Shown here: positions 18,359 to 27,628 of the stretch, in pieces
How the letters are laid out: every line of letters begins with the position of its first letter
Position numbering within the stretch: the stretch's first letter is position 1
DNA from: Terriglobales bacterium
GTDB lineage: Bacteria > Acidobacteriota > Terriglobia > Terriglobales > Acidobacteriaceae
NCBI GenBank assembly: GCA_045807945.1
Contig: JBJMGI010000092.1
Span: forward strand, 22,028-86,027
DNA length: 64,000 nucleotides
Direction: 5' to 3'
The notes under the pieces: model-generated
Database searches by the model: none
Told to the model about the DNA's origin: nothing
The model's input: the letters and a program-made list of their open reading frames with translations, nothing else
Program-made: the position numbers and the translations under genes

Positions 18359-18874
18359 ATGGTGCTTGGAATGAGTTTGGAGACTTACACCTTGGTTCAC
18401 GTGATCATCAGCCTGGTTGCGATCGCGTCAGGGTTGATCGTCTTTTTGGGAATGCTCAGCAACAAGCGGATGAATGCGCTCACCGCGGTGTTTTTAGCGA
18501 CGACAGTGCTCACCAGCGTCACCGGTTTCTTTCTTCCCTTCGCGCACGTCACGCCTGGGATCATCGTTGGCATTCTGTCGCTGATCGTCTTAGCGATCGC
18601 GATTCCGGCGCGCTACACCAAACGAATGGTGGGAGGCTGGCGCAAGACGTACGTCATCACTTCGGCCATTGCTCTCTGGTTCAACCTGTTCGTGCTGGTG
18701 GTTCAATGTTTCCAGAAAGTTCCAGCGCTGCACGCATTAGCGCCCACCGGCCAGGAGCCGCCTTTTGCGATTGCGCAGCTTCTCGTGTTGGCTGTCACGG
18801 CCGCCCTGGCGATTGCTGCCGCTAAACGCTTCCATGACGAGCCGGCCGCTTTCGCCAAAAAGGTGGCGCGCTAA
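18359..18874 (+). CDS. Hypothetical integral membrane protein (about 171 aa, 4-5 TM)
   Basis: Start chosen at ATG 18359, with GGAGGG 6 nt upstream. The translation is dominated by hydrophobic helices (LVHVIISLVAIASGLIVFLGML...). No recognisable family motif. Confidence 0.5.
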   Translation: MVLGMSLETYTLVHVIISLVAIASGLIVFLGMLSNKRMNALTAVFLATTVLTSVTGFFLPFAHVTPGIIVGILSLIVLAIAIPARYTKRMVGGWRKTYVITSAIALWFNLFVLVVQCFQKVPALHALAPTGQEPPFAIAQLLVLAVTAALAIAAAKRFHDEPAAFAKKVAR

Positions 18875-18939
18875 AACAATTAACATCCACAGCCCGCGCC
18901 TGTACCTCTAATAAGAGTTCATCAGCAAGGAGAGAAGAG

Positions 18940-19566
18940 ATGGCAAATAGGAACAACAACGTTCGTTCGAAGATCACAGCTCAACCCCGCCTGCATCAGC
19001 ACGCCCCGGAGATACAGGCTTACGGCCAAGTCACACAACTGCTCCCACTCGAACTTGAAGAGCCGGTCCGTTTGGAGATGACCGAGCGGCTGAATCAACT
19101 GCTCGCCGACAGCATGACGCTTCGCGACCTTTACAAGAAGTCGCACTGGCAGGTGGCCGGGCCCACCTTCTATCAACTCCATCTTCTATATGACAAGCAT
19201 TTTGCCGAGCAGGTTGAGATCGTCGACTCGATCGCCGAGCGCATTCAGCTGCTCGGAGGCGTGAGCCTCGCCATGGCCGCCGATGTTGCCGAAACCACGC
19301 AGATCGAGCGTCCGCCCCGCGGCAGGGAAGAAGTGCCGGTGCAGATCTCGCGCTTGCTCGATGCTCACCAGATCATCATTGGTGATTCCCGCAAGCTCGC
19401 GCGTCGCGCCTCTGAGTTGGGTGACGAAGGAACTAATGACTTGGCGGTGAGTGACGTGCTGCGCGTGAACGAGTTACAGCAGTGGTTCCTGAATGAGCAC
19501 CTGGTGAATGTGCCGCTGGTGCGGGCGGAAGGCGAAAAGCAGCTGCCCCAGCGGCAACGCGCTTAG
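18940..19566 (+). CDS. dps: Dps-family DNA-protection / ferritin-like protein
   Basis: LNQLLADSMTLRDLYKKSHWQVAGPTFYQLHLLYDKHFAEQVEIVDSIAERIQLLGG is a typical Dps ferroxidase-centre region. AAGGAGAG SD upstream. Confidence 0.85.
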   Translation: MANRNNNVRSKITAQPRLHQHAPEIQAYGQVTQLLPLELEEPVRLEMTERLNQLLADSMTLRDLYKKSHWQVAGPTFYQLHLLYDKHFAEQVEIVDSIAERIQLLGGVSLAMAADVAETTQIERPPRGREEVPVQISRLLDAHQIIIGDSRKLARRASELGDEGTNDLAVSDVLRVNELQQWFLNEHLVNVPLVRAEGEKQLPQRQRA

Positions 19567-19569
19567 CGC

Positions 19570-20853
19570 TTATTCGTAGCGAAGTGCTTCGACGGGGTCT
19601 AGTCGCGCAGCCAGCACTGCCGGGTAGATCCCGAAGAACAACCCAACCGCCATCGACGTTAGCACGCCGAATACAACCGCCCACATTGGTACTGAAGATG
19701 GCAGCGCCGGCAGCAGTGCGTTGATCGTCAGGCTGATTCCAAACCCTAGTGCCACTCCGATCAGTCCGCCCAGACTTGTCAGTGTGATGGCTTCTATCAG
19801 GAACTGACCGATCACATCGCGCTTGCGCGCCCCGATCGCTTTCCGGATCCCGATCTCGCGCGTGCGCTCCGTCACCGACATTAGCATGATGTTCATCACG
19901 CCCACGCCGCCTACTAGCAAGCCGATGGAGCTGATGACTATCGTTATCAGCGCGATGACGGCGGTGATCTGGTGAAACTGGGTGGCGATCTGCTCAGCGC
20001 TCGAAACCCCAAAGTTGTCAGGCTTATCGAACGGCACGTGGCGTCGGCGGCGCAGCAGATCGCGAACCTGGTCTTCAGCAGCCGTCTTCTGTCCGTTATA
20101 AGGCTTGGCGCCAATGGAGATCTCGTCGTTCAGAGGATGGTGTTTGCGATAGCTGTTGAAAGGAACTGTCGCCACTCGGTCCGCGGACTGATCTTTAAAA
20201 AAATTGCCTTTGCGCTTTTCCATCACGCCGATCACGGTGTAGTTCACGCCGTCGACCATGATGGACTTTCCCAGGGGCTCTTCGTTCTTAAAGAACGTGT
20301 CGCCGATGTCGTATCCGATCACCACGACATCTGACCGGTACATATTTTCCGCGTCGGTAAAATACCGACCTGTCTTCAGACGGACGTTATAGATGTCGGC
20401 ATAGGTCGGCAGCGCGCCCGAGTGATCCACGTTGAAGATCTCTTTTCCCTTGTAGCGCGCCGAAGGGGGCGTGAACGGCCGCCCGGATAGATTGATGCGG
20501 GGGTATGCTTCCGCTACTACATCTTTAACCGCCGGACATTGTTCTTTGATCGCGAGTGCATCTTCCAAGGTGAGGGACTTGCGCATCCGCTCCTCGGTCG
20601 AGAGCCGGCCAATGTGAATCCCAGGTTCGAATTTGAAGATAAAAAGAGTGTCGGCGCCGAAATCGTTGAGGAATCCGCGCATGTCAGCGTCGAGTCCCAC
20701 CAGGATGGAAGCCACAGCAATGATCGAAGTGATGCCGATCACCACGCCGAGAATGGTCAGTGCGGAACGTAGCTTGTTGTTGCGCAAGGTGTCTAGCGCC
20801 ATGCGCGCGCTTTCAATCATTTGGAATCCGCGAGCTTCGGTACTAGCTTTCAT
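19570..20853 (-). CDS. MacB-type ABC transporter permease (single MacB_PCD + FtsX module)
   Basis: N-terminal LRNNKLRSALTILGVVIGI, a periplasmic domain, an FtsX 3-TM module, C-terminus LDPVEALRYE. Start at 20853 or 20820 is uncertain. Confidence 0.8.
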   Translation of the reverse strand: MKASTEARGFQMIESARMALDTLRNNKLRSALTILGVVIGITSIIAVASILVGLDADMRGFLNDFGADTLFIFKFEPGIHIGRLSTEERMRKSLTLEDALAIKEQCPAVKDVVAEAYPRINLSGRPFTPPSARYKGKEIFNVDHSGALPTYADIYNVRLKTGRYFTDAENMYRSDVVVIGYDIGDTFFKNEEPLGKSIMVDGVNYTVIGVMEKRKGNFFKDQSADRVATVPFNSYRKHHPLNDEISIGAKPYNGQKTAAEDQVRDLLRRRRHVPFDKPDNFGVSSAEQIATQFHQITAVIALITIVISSIGLLVGGVGVMNIMLMSVTERTREIGIRKAIGARKRDVIGQFLIEAITLTSLGGLIGVALGFGISLTINALLPALPSSVPMWAVVFGVLTSMAVGLFFGIYPAVLAARLDPVEALRYE

Positions 20854-22078
20854 GGCGCAACGCCTCAATGGGATCTAGCCGGGCCGCTTTTCTTGCTGGG
20901 TACACTCCGAAGAACACTCCCACTGCCGTAGAGACGAAGATGGAAAGAAGAACAGGGAACAGCGGCACGACTGCCGGGATGGGGGTGAGCATAGTGATCA
21001 GCAATGTGATTCCGTAAGCTGCTGCCACCCCGAGTAGCCCGCCGATCGCCGACATCACCGACGACTCCACCAGAAACTGCAGCAGGATGTCGTTATAACG
21101 CGCGCCTACGGATTTCCGAACACCGATCTCGCGTGTGCGCTCGGTCACGCTGGCCAGCATCACGTTCATGATCACGATTCCGCCGATCAAAAGAAATACC
21201 AGGACGATCCCGACCATGCTAGCGGCGATCTTGGCTGTGAGGTTGTGCCATAAGTCAAGCACTCCTGAAGCGGCGAGCACGCCGAAATTATCGTCCTCAC
21301 CAGGTTGGAGATGATGTCGCGCACGCATCAGCATGCGGGCTTCGTCCTGCGTCCGTTCGATTCCGGCGGCGCTCTGCGCCTGAACGTTGATTGCCATGTC
21401 GCTGTGTGTTCCGTAGGTCTTCAGCCACGTGGTCACGGGGATATAAACGAAATTGTCCTGCGGCTGGCCAAGCGTCGTGCCCAGCGGTTTCGCCACGCCC
21501 ACGATCTGATAAGGCTGGCCATCGACCCGGATCTCGTGGCCGATCGGTTCCACTGAGCTGAACAATTTGTTCGAGACTTCGCTGCCGATGAAGGCGACGG
21601 AGGTACGGTGGTCATTATCCGCGTCAGAGATGTAGCGGCCGCGTGCCGGCTCTTCCACGTCCATGTCGCCGATGTTGGAGGTGACGCCACGAATGTCGAT
21701 GTCAGTCATGTTCTCGCCCCCGTAGCGAACGACTCCACGCGTTCGGACCTCAACCCCCACTGCCTTCGCGGTCCTCATGTCGTCGCGCAATGCTTCGAAA
21801 TCTTCCCAGGTGATCTTAGGATTGCGCCGCTGCGCCTTCACGAATTTAGCCGCGTCGGTGATGAGTCCGAAGCGCTCCACCAGGAAGACGTTCGACCCCA
21901 TGTTGGCGACCTTATCGGCGATGTAGTGGTTCATTCCCTCGATCAGCGACACCACAATGATCAGCGTTGCCACCGAGAGGATCACGCCCAGCAGCATCAG
22001 GAACGAGCGCAGCTTGTAGGCCCAAAGGGTCTCCACCGCGACCGTGGTCGGCTCTTTTAGTGAGTGCAGGCGTGACAT
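20843..22078 (-). CDS. MacB-type ABC transporter permease (single MacB_PCD + FtsX module)
   Basis: LWAYKLRSFLMLLGVILSV, a periplasmic domain, an FtsX module, C-terminus LDPIEALRHES. Overlaps the downstream paralogue by 11 nt. Confidence 0.8.
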   Translation of the reverse strand: MSRLHSLKEPTTVAVETLWAYKLRSFLMLLGVILSVATLIIVVSLIEGMNHYIADKVANMGSNVFLVERFGLITDAAKFVKAQRRNPKITWEDFEALRDDMRTAKAVGVEVRTRGVVRYGGENMTDIDIRGVTSNIGDMDVEEPARGRYISDADNDHRTSVAFIGSEVSNKLFSSVEPIGHEIRVDGQPYQIVGVAKPLGTTLGQPQDNFVYIPVTTWLKTYGTHSDMAINVQAQSAAGIERTQDEARMLMRARHHLQPGEDDNFGVLAASGVLDLWHNLTAKIAASMVGIVLVFLLIGGIVIMNVMLASVTERTREIGVRKSVGARYNDILLQFLVESSVMSAIGGLLGVAAAYGITLLITMLTPIPAVVPLFPVLLSIFVSTAVGVFFGVYPARKAARLDPIEALRHES

Positions 22079-22246
22079 GGCTCAGGTAAGTGTACGCAGA
22101 ACGAGCTGCGAGAGTTCAACAATATAGACGCAAGTGGCGGTGTTTTGTGACCAGAAGCGTCCTGCTGGTACGAGTAACAGCTGACCTGCCGATGTAGGCA
22201 CTGGCGGAAATCAGAAAATCTGTTTACTCTTTCGGGCTGGCAAGTT

Positions 22247-23008
22247 TTGGCGGGAGGACGATTGTCGGACTCGCGGACGTTTGTACGATTCGGCACCCAG
22301 CGGCGCGATGCTTGGTGGCTGGAGATTTTACCCGTTGTGTTGGTGTTGGGCGGCTTCGGTCTTTACGCGACGCTTCGCGCCTTTGAGGGGACGTTCTACG
22401 AGTGGGGCCCCTACCTTTCACCTTTTTATTCGCCGCTCATAGATGCCGGCCATCGCTGGTGGAAGTTTTCTCCTGCGTTATTGATCCTGGGTGGTCCGCT
22501 CAGCTTCCGCGCTACTTGCTACTATTACCGCAAGGCGTATTACCGCGCCTTTTTTCTCGATCCCGCCTCTTGCGCCGTAGATGAAGGCGGGCGCCACCGT
22601 TATAAGGGTGAGACTGCATTTCCGTTCATCTTGCAGAACCTGCATCGCTATACATTCTTCCTTGCCCTCATCTTCCTTGGGTTCCTTTGGTACGACGCAG
22701 TCTATGCCTTTAATTGGGATGGTCACTTTGGCATCGGGTTAGGCACGGTAGTCATGCTGGTTAACGTCTGCCTGCTCACGCTGTACAGCTTTTCTTGCCA
22801 CTCGCTGCGTCATCTCGCTGGCGGAAAGCTCGATTGCTTTTCTTGCGTGAACTTCGGCGACGCGCGCCATTCCACATGGAAGGGGCTGAGCTGGCTGAAT
22901 GAGCGGCACATGCTCTGGGCGTGGCTCAGCCTTTTCTCCGTCGGCCTTACCGACTTCTATATCCGCCTGGTCTCGAGCGGCGCCGTTCACGACATAAGGA
23001 TCCTATGA
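22247..23008 (+). CDS. sdhC: Putative succinate dehydrogenase/fumarate reductase membrane-anchor (cytochrome b-like) subunit
   Basis: Polytopic membrane protein with conserved His residues. Its TGA overlaps the sdhA ATG (ATGA). It resembles the anchor of actinobacterial Sdh1-type operons (from memory). The TTG start is uncertain. Confidence 0.55.
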   Translation: MAGGRLSDSRTFVRFGTQRRDAWWLEILPVVLVLGGFGLYATLRAFEGTFYEWGPYLSPFYSPLIDAGHRWWKFSPALLILGGPLSFRATCYYYRKAYYRAFFLDPASCAVDEGGRHRYKGETAFPFILQNLHRYTFFLALIFLGFLWYDAVYAFNWDGHFGIGLGTVVMLVNVCLLTLYSFSCHSLRHLAGGKLDCFSCVNFGDARHSTWKGLSWLNERHMLWAWLSLFSVGLTDFYIRLVSSGAVHDIRIL

Positions 23009-24738
23009 CCGACCGCTTCGAGGTCCACGAACACGACGTTCTGATCATCGGGGCCGGAGGCGCCGGCCTGCGTGCCGCGATCGAGGCGCTCGCGCAGGGG
23101 GTGAGCGTGGGCGTGGTATGCAAATCGCTTCTCGGCAAGGCGCATACGGTTATGGCTGAAGGCGGCATCGCCGCGGCAATGGCCAACGTCGATACCAAGG
23201 ACGATTGGCACACGCACTTCCGCGACACCATGCGTGGCGGCAAATTCCTGAACAACTGGCGCATGGCCCAACTGCACGCGCAGGAAGCACCCGAGCGTGT
23301 CCGCGAACTAGAGCAGTGGGGCGCTCTCTTTGATCGTACCCAGGACGGCAACATCCTACAGCGCGCCTTTGGCGGACACACATACAAGCGTCTCTGCCAC
23401 GTCGGCGATCGCACTGGGCTCGAGATGATCCGCACCCTGCAAGACCGCGGCGTCGCCATGGGCTTCGACGTCTACATGGAATGCGCGATCACTCGTCTGC
23501 TGAAAGACGGTGACCGCATCGCCGGAGCATTCGGATATTGGCGCGAGCAGGGAAGGTTCGTCGTCTTCAAGGCGAAGTCGGCCGTGATCGCCACCGGCGG
23601 CATTGGCAAAGCATGGCCGGTGACTTCGAATTCCTGGGAATACACCGGCGATGGCATGTCGCTCGCCTACGACGCCGGCGCTGAACTCATGGATATGGAG
23701 TTCGTGCAGTTCCATCCCACAGGGATGGTCTGGCCGCCCGGTGTGCAGGGAATCCTCGTGACGGAAGCGGTGCGCGGCGAAGGCGGAATCCTCACCAATA
23801 AACTCGGTGAGCGCTTCATGCAGAAGTACGACCCAAAGCGCATGGAACTTTCCACGCGCGATGTCGTCGCCCGCTCGATTTACACCGAAGTAAAGGAAGG
23901 ACGTGGCACCGAACACGGCGGCGCGTATCTGGATATTTCGCACAAGCCTGCCGACTACGTGAAGAAAAAATTGCCCAGCATGTATCACCAGTTCAAGGAA
24001 TTGGCGGACGTGGACATCACCAAAGGTCCGATGGAAGTCGGGCCGACCTGCCACTACATGATGGGCGGGATCAAAGTTGATGCCGAGACCGCCGCGTCAA
24101 CTTTGCCGGGACTCTACGCAGCCGGCGAAGCAGCCGCAGGATTGCACGGCGCGAACCGCCTTGGCGGGAACTCACTCTCCGATCTTCTTGTCTTCGGACG
24201 CCGCGCCGGGCTTGCCGCAGCGGACTACGCGAAGAAGACTGCCGCTCCGAAGGTTGACGATGCCACACTGCAAGCTGCAGAGCGCGAGATGCTGGAGCCG
24301 TTCGAGCGCACCGGCGGTGAGTCGCCATACGAAGTCCACCGCGATCTGCAAAAGACGATGCAAGCGCTCGTCGGCATCTTCCGTGTGGAAGACGATCTCA
24401 AGCGAGCGCTCAGCGAGCTTGAGTCGCTAAAGGCACGCGCCTCCAGAGTTCGCGTCGAAGGCTCGCGCATGTTCAATCCCGGGTGGCACATGGCGAAAGA
24501 TCTCCAATCCATGTTGCGGGTCTCAGAGGCCGTCGCGAAAAGTGCGCTGGTCCGCAAAGAGAGCCGCGGCGCCCACAGCCGCATCGATTTCCCGAACTAT
24601 GATCCGGTGTGGGAGAAGCAGAACAACGTGATCAAGCGTGACGGCGACACGATGAACCTGCGGCAAGTCCCTGTAAAAGAAGTGCCGGCGGATTTGAAGC
24701 AATTGCTGGCTGAAGAAGAGGCGACAGCGAAGGCATAA
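23005..24738 (+). CDS. sdhA: Succinate dehydrogenase/fumarate reductase flavoprotein subunit
   Basis: FAD fingerprint DVLIIGAGGAGLRAA, HTVMAEGG (the covalent-FAD His region), HPTG, RGEGG, and HGANRLGGNSL. AAGGA SD upstream. Confidence 0.9.
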   Translation: MTDRFEVHEHDVLIIGAGGAGLRAAIEALAQGVSVGVVCKSLLGKAHTVMAEGGIAAAMANVDTKDDWHTHFRDTMRGGKFLNNWRMAQLHAQEAPERVRELEQWGALFDRTQDGNILQRAFGGHTYKRLCHVGDRTGLEMIRTLQDRGVAMGFDVYMECAITRLLKDGDRIAGAFGYWREQGRFVVFKAKSAVIATGGIGKAWPVTSNSWEYTGDGMSLAYDAGAELMDMEFVQFHPTGMVWPPGVQGILVTEAVRGEGGILTNKLGERFMQKYDPKRMELSTRDVVARSIYTEVKEGRGTEHGGAYLDISHKPADYVKKKLPSMYHQFKELADVDITKGPMEVGPTCHYMMGGIKVDAETAASTLPGLYAAGEAAAGLHGANRLGGNSLSDLLVFGRRAGLAAADYAKKTAAPKVDDATLQAAEREMLEPFERTGGESPYEVHRDLQKTMQALVGIFRVEDDLKRALSELESLKARASRVRVEGSRMFNPGWHMAKDLQSMLRVSEAVAKSALVRKESRGAHSRIDFPNYDPVWEKQNNVIKRDGDTMNLRQVPVKEVPADLKQLLAEEEATAKA

Positions 24739-25473
24739 ATGGCAGACGTTACCCTAAGAGTCTTTCGCGGCAACAACGAAGCCGGTGCGGCGCAGGATTA
24801 CACCGTTCCTGTCGCTCCCGGCATGGTGGTGCTCGATGCCCTGCATTACATTCAGGGACACCTCGCCTCCGATCTCGCCGTCCGCTGGAACTGCAAAGCG
24901 GCAAAATGCGGCTCATGCTCGGCCGAGGTGAACGGGCGTCCGCGCCTCACTTGCAAGACGCGCGTGGACTCGTTGCCAATGAACGAGCCGATTGTCGTGA
25001 ATCCGATCAAGTCATTCCCAGTGATCAAGGACCTGGTCACAGACGTCTCGTGGAATTACAAGGTCAACAAGAAGATCAAGCCGTTCTCGCCGAAGCCGAA
25101 CGTGGAATGGAAGATGTATCAGCCTGACGTCGATCGCGTGCAGGAGTTCCGCAAGTGCATCGAGTGCTTCCTGTGCCAGAACGTCTGCCACGTACTACGC
25201 GATCACGATAAGAAAGAGGAATTCGCCGGTCCGCGATTCTTCGTCCGCGTGGCGGCGCTCGAGATGCATCCACTCGACGGCGCTTCGCGCATCCAAGCCC
25301 TAAAAGACGAGATGGGCCTCGGCTATTGCAACATCACCAAATGCTGCACTGAGGTCTGTCCGGAAGACATTCACATCACCGACAACGCCATCATTCCGCT
25401 GAAAGAGCGTGTGGTAGACGAGTATTATGACCCTGTGCTGAAGATCGTCCGCAAGATTTTCGGTGCGAAGTAG
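24739..25473 (+). CDS. sdhB: Succinate dehydrogenase/fumarate reductase iron-sulfur subunit
   Basis: 2Fe-2S cluster CKAAKCGSCSAEVNG...C, then CIECFLCQNVC and CTEVCPEDI ferredoxin-type Cys clusters. Starts immediately after the sdhA stop. Confidence 0.9.
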   Translation: MADVTLRVFRGNNEAGAAQDYTVPVAPGMVVLDALHYIQGHLASDLAVRWNCKAAKCGSCSAEVNGRPRLTCKTRVDSLPMNEPIVVNPIKSFPVIKDLVTDVSWNYKVNKKIKPFSPKPNVEWKMYQPDVDRVQEFRKCIECFLCQNVCHVLRDHDKKEEFAGPRFFVRVAALEMHPLDGASRIQALKDEMGLGYCNITKCCTEVCPEDIHITDNAIIPLKERVVDEYYDPVLKIVRKIFGAK

Positions 25474-25478
25474 GATTT

Positions 25479-26009
25479 ATGGATTACAAGCCGAAGACCA
25501 TCACACCAGCCGGCATTAAAGAGGCCAATAGCAAGGCCGAACGCTATCGCTTTCTGAACCAGCCAGAGGAAGCAGAGTCTATCTGCCTCGACGTTCTCGC
25601 CGTCGATCCGCAAAATCAGCTCGCGTGGCGCAATCTCGGACTCGCCATCACTGACCAGTTCACCGGCAAGGCGACCGACCGACACACCGAAGCCGAACTT
25701 GCCTTTGAAAAGTTGACCGATAAATACGAGCGGCTTTATTACATGGGCATCATGCACGAGCGCCGCGCGAAATCGCAGTTGCGCTCAGGCCATCTGCCGC
25801 ACACGCTGCTCGTCATCTTCGAGGAAGCGATGCGCTGCTTCGAAGAGGCGCAAAAACTAAGTCCCGCTGCCAATGATGATGCCATCCTGCACTGGAATAC
25901 TTGCGTGCGGCTGTTGCAAAGCCGGGCGGATGCTGACTGGCATCGCGAGCATCAGGAGATAGAAGGCATTGATGCAGGCGACAGCCAGCCGATGTACTCC
26001 AGAAAATAA
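25479..26009 (+). CDS. Hypothetical helical (TPR-like) protein, 5 nt downstream of sdhB
   Basis: 176-aa ORF on the same strand, 5-nt gap after sdhB. No family motif recognised. Confidence 0.5.
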   Translation: MDYKPKTITPAGIKEANSKAERYRFLNQPEEAESICLDVLAVDPQNQLAWRNLGLAITDQFTGKATDRHTEAELAFEKLTDKYERLYYMGIMHERRAKSQLRSGHLPHTLLVIFEEAMRCFEEAQKLSPAANDDAILHWNTCVRLLQSRADADWHREHQEIEGIDAGDSQPMYSRK

Positions 26010-26012
26010 AAA

Positions 26013-26033
26013 GCCCGGCCGTGTTGGCCGGGC
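26013..26033. terminator. GC-rich hairpin; intrinsic terminator mainly for the minus-strand small ORF
   Basis: GCCCGGCC-gtgtt-GGCCGGGC. An A-run at 26003-26012 gives a U-tract (UUUUUAUUUU) on the minus-strand transcript. The plus-strand 3' flank is only weakly T-rich. Confidence 0.55.
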
Positions 26034-26046
26034 ACATCCACTTTTC

Positions 26047-26181
26047 TCAGAAGCAGCGTGGATCGGTTGGGTGTTTGACGTTGCATTTCGGCACCGGACC
26101 AAAGCTGTTGATGGTTGTGTTCGCAACTTCACCCACAAACGCGAACAGCCCCAGTAGTATGAGCAGGCGTCCTAATCTCAT
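26047..26181 (-). CDS. Small ORF (44 aa), secreted or membrane peptide candidate; not in the supplied ORF track
   Basis: Encodes MRLGRLLILLGLFAFVGEVANTTINSFGPVPKCNVKHPTDPRCF. GGAGG (26194..26190) sits 8 nt upstream of the ATG. The N-terminus is signal-peptide-like and there are two Cys residues (C-x9-C). The terminator hairpin begins 14 nt after the stop. Confidence 0.45.
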   Translation of the reverse strand: MRLGRLLILLGLFAFVGEVANTTINSFGPVPKCNVKHPTDPRCF

Positions 26182-26233
26182 AGTTGTTGCCTCCGGCGCG
26201 AATCATAGGGGCGACATTCCGGCCAGGCAATCC

Positions 26234-26255
26234 GTTTGTGACGGGTTTGTGACGG
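26234..26255. repeat. Perfect tandem 11-bp direct repeat (GTTTGTGACGG x2), candidate activator site
   Basis: 26234..26244 and 26245..26255 are identical. The 11-bp phasing is typical of OmpR/PhoB-type direct-repeat sites. It lies 53-74 nt upstream of the small-ORF ATG. Confidence 0.4.
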
Positions 26256-26273
26256 ATAGTAGCTTATCTGTGA

Positions 26274-27119
26274 CTAATCGATCTTCACGGCTTTCGCGAC
26301 CACCTTCTCGTAGCGTTTCCAAGGCAGTAGCCGCTTCAACCACAGTTGCATTTTCGCGTCGCGTCCCACTACATACCGCAGGCGCGGGTTGGGATCATCC
26401 GCAATATTGGCGATCAGCGTAGAGACGATCTTCGGATCTGCCTTGGTGATCTTTGTCTTCACGAACTCCGAGTAGCGCGCGCCTCGTTCGTGGTTCGGCG
26501 ATTTCGGATCAATCGCAAACGCGCCCACTTTCACGTTGCGGTCCCAGATATCAGTCGCGAACGCTCCCGGCTCCACTAACACCACTCGGATTCCCAACGA
26601 GTGCGTCTCGATGCGCAGTGCCTCGCTCCAGCCTTCGAGGGCGAACTTCGATGCCGAATAGCTGCTGACTACCGGTTGCCCGACTAGTCCGCTAATGGAC
26701 GAGACCATGATGATGTGTCCTGATTTTTGCGCGCGCATCACCGGCAGTAGCGCCTTCGTAACAGAAACGTGTCCGAAGAAGTTGGTCTCGAACTGCTGGC
26801 GAATCTCGGTGTAACGAAGATCTTCAGCGAAACCGGCCATGGCGAATCCAGCATTGTTCACGAGGACGTCAACGCGCTTGTGATACTTGATGATCTGCTC
26901 GATGGTGGCGAAGAGCGTGCCTTGGTCGGTGATGTCCATGCGGCGGACATCCACAGAATCCTTGAGTCCCGCGGCGCCGAGTGCTTCATCGAGGCGGCCG
27001 CGCCGGGTGGTGTCGCGCATGGTGGCTACCACCTTGTAGCCGCGCCTTGCCAGCTCAACTGTCGTGAGCAGGCCAAAGCCGCTGGAGCTGCCTGTGATGA
27101 GTGCAACCTTGCCATTCAT
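26274..27119 (-). CDS. Short-chain dehydrogenase/reductase (SDR) family oxidoreductase
   Basis: TGSSSGFG (TGxxxGxG), NNAG, and the catalytic YSASKFALEG (YxxxK). Confidence 0.85.
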   Translation of the reverse strand: MNGKVALITGSSSGFGLLTTVELARRGYKVVATMRDTTRRGRLDEALGAAGLKDSVDVRRMDITDQGTLFATIEQIIKYHKRVDVLVNNAGFAMAGFAEDLRYTEIRQQFETNFFGHVSVTKALLPVMRAQKSGHIIMVSSISGLVGQPVVSSYSASKFALEGWSEALRIETHSLGIRVVLVEPGAFATDIWDRNVKVGAFAIDPKSPNHERGARYSEFVKTKITKADPKIVSTLIANIADDPNPRLRYVVGRDAKMQLWLKRLLPWKRYEKVVAKAVKID

Positions 27120-27186
27120 GGCTGGTTAGTTTGTATCACGCCCACGAAGACGCGAACGGGGGAGGGAACCCAGAGTGGTAAGAGCG

Positions 27187-27459
27187 TTATCTCACGTTGC
27201 GGCGGTTTTGTTCCTTCAGGCGAAGGAACCACATATAGAGCTCATCGACGCGGTCGATATCTTCTGAGAGCACCGGCTGGTCGGCATACTTGTGGATAGC
27301 ATGATCGTCATGACGCCGCTTTAAATTGGTGACCACCTGATAAAGCTCGTCTACCTTGGAGTGCATGACGCGCAGGTCGGCTATCAACCGCACCTCTTCT
27401 ACATCAAGCCAGCGGTCGGAAGCGTTATCGTTCGATTGTGGTTTTCCTTTAACCATCAT
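27187..27459 (-). CDS. Hypothetical protein (90 aa)
   Basis: ORF only. Same strand as the SDR gene, 67 nt upstream of it. No motif recognised. Confidence 0.35.
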   Translation of the reverse strand: MMVKGKPQSNDNASDRWLDVEEVRLIADLRVMHSKVDELYQVVTNLKRRHDDHAIHKYADQPVLSEDIDRVDELYMWFLRLKEQNRRNVR

Positions 27460-27628
27460 GATTCGGTCTGGCCTCCGTCTAGCTCGTATGACAGTTGGTT
27501 ATTCTACACATGAAATTCGCTTCCGTGTTGCGCGGAGCCACCAAGTTTGCAAAAGTCTGGCTGATACGAGAAGATAACTAGTTCCCGCTGCAGTTCTAGT
27601 CTCACAATCTCCCTTACAGGATGGATGG

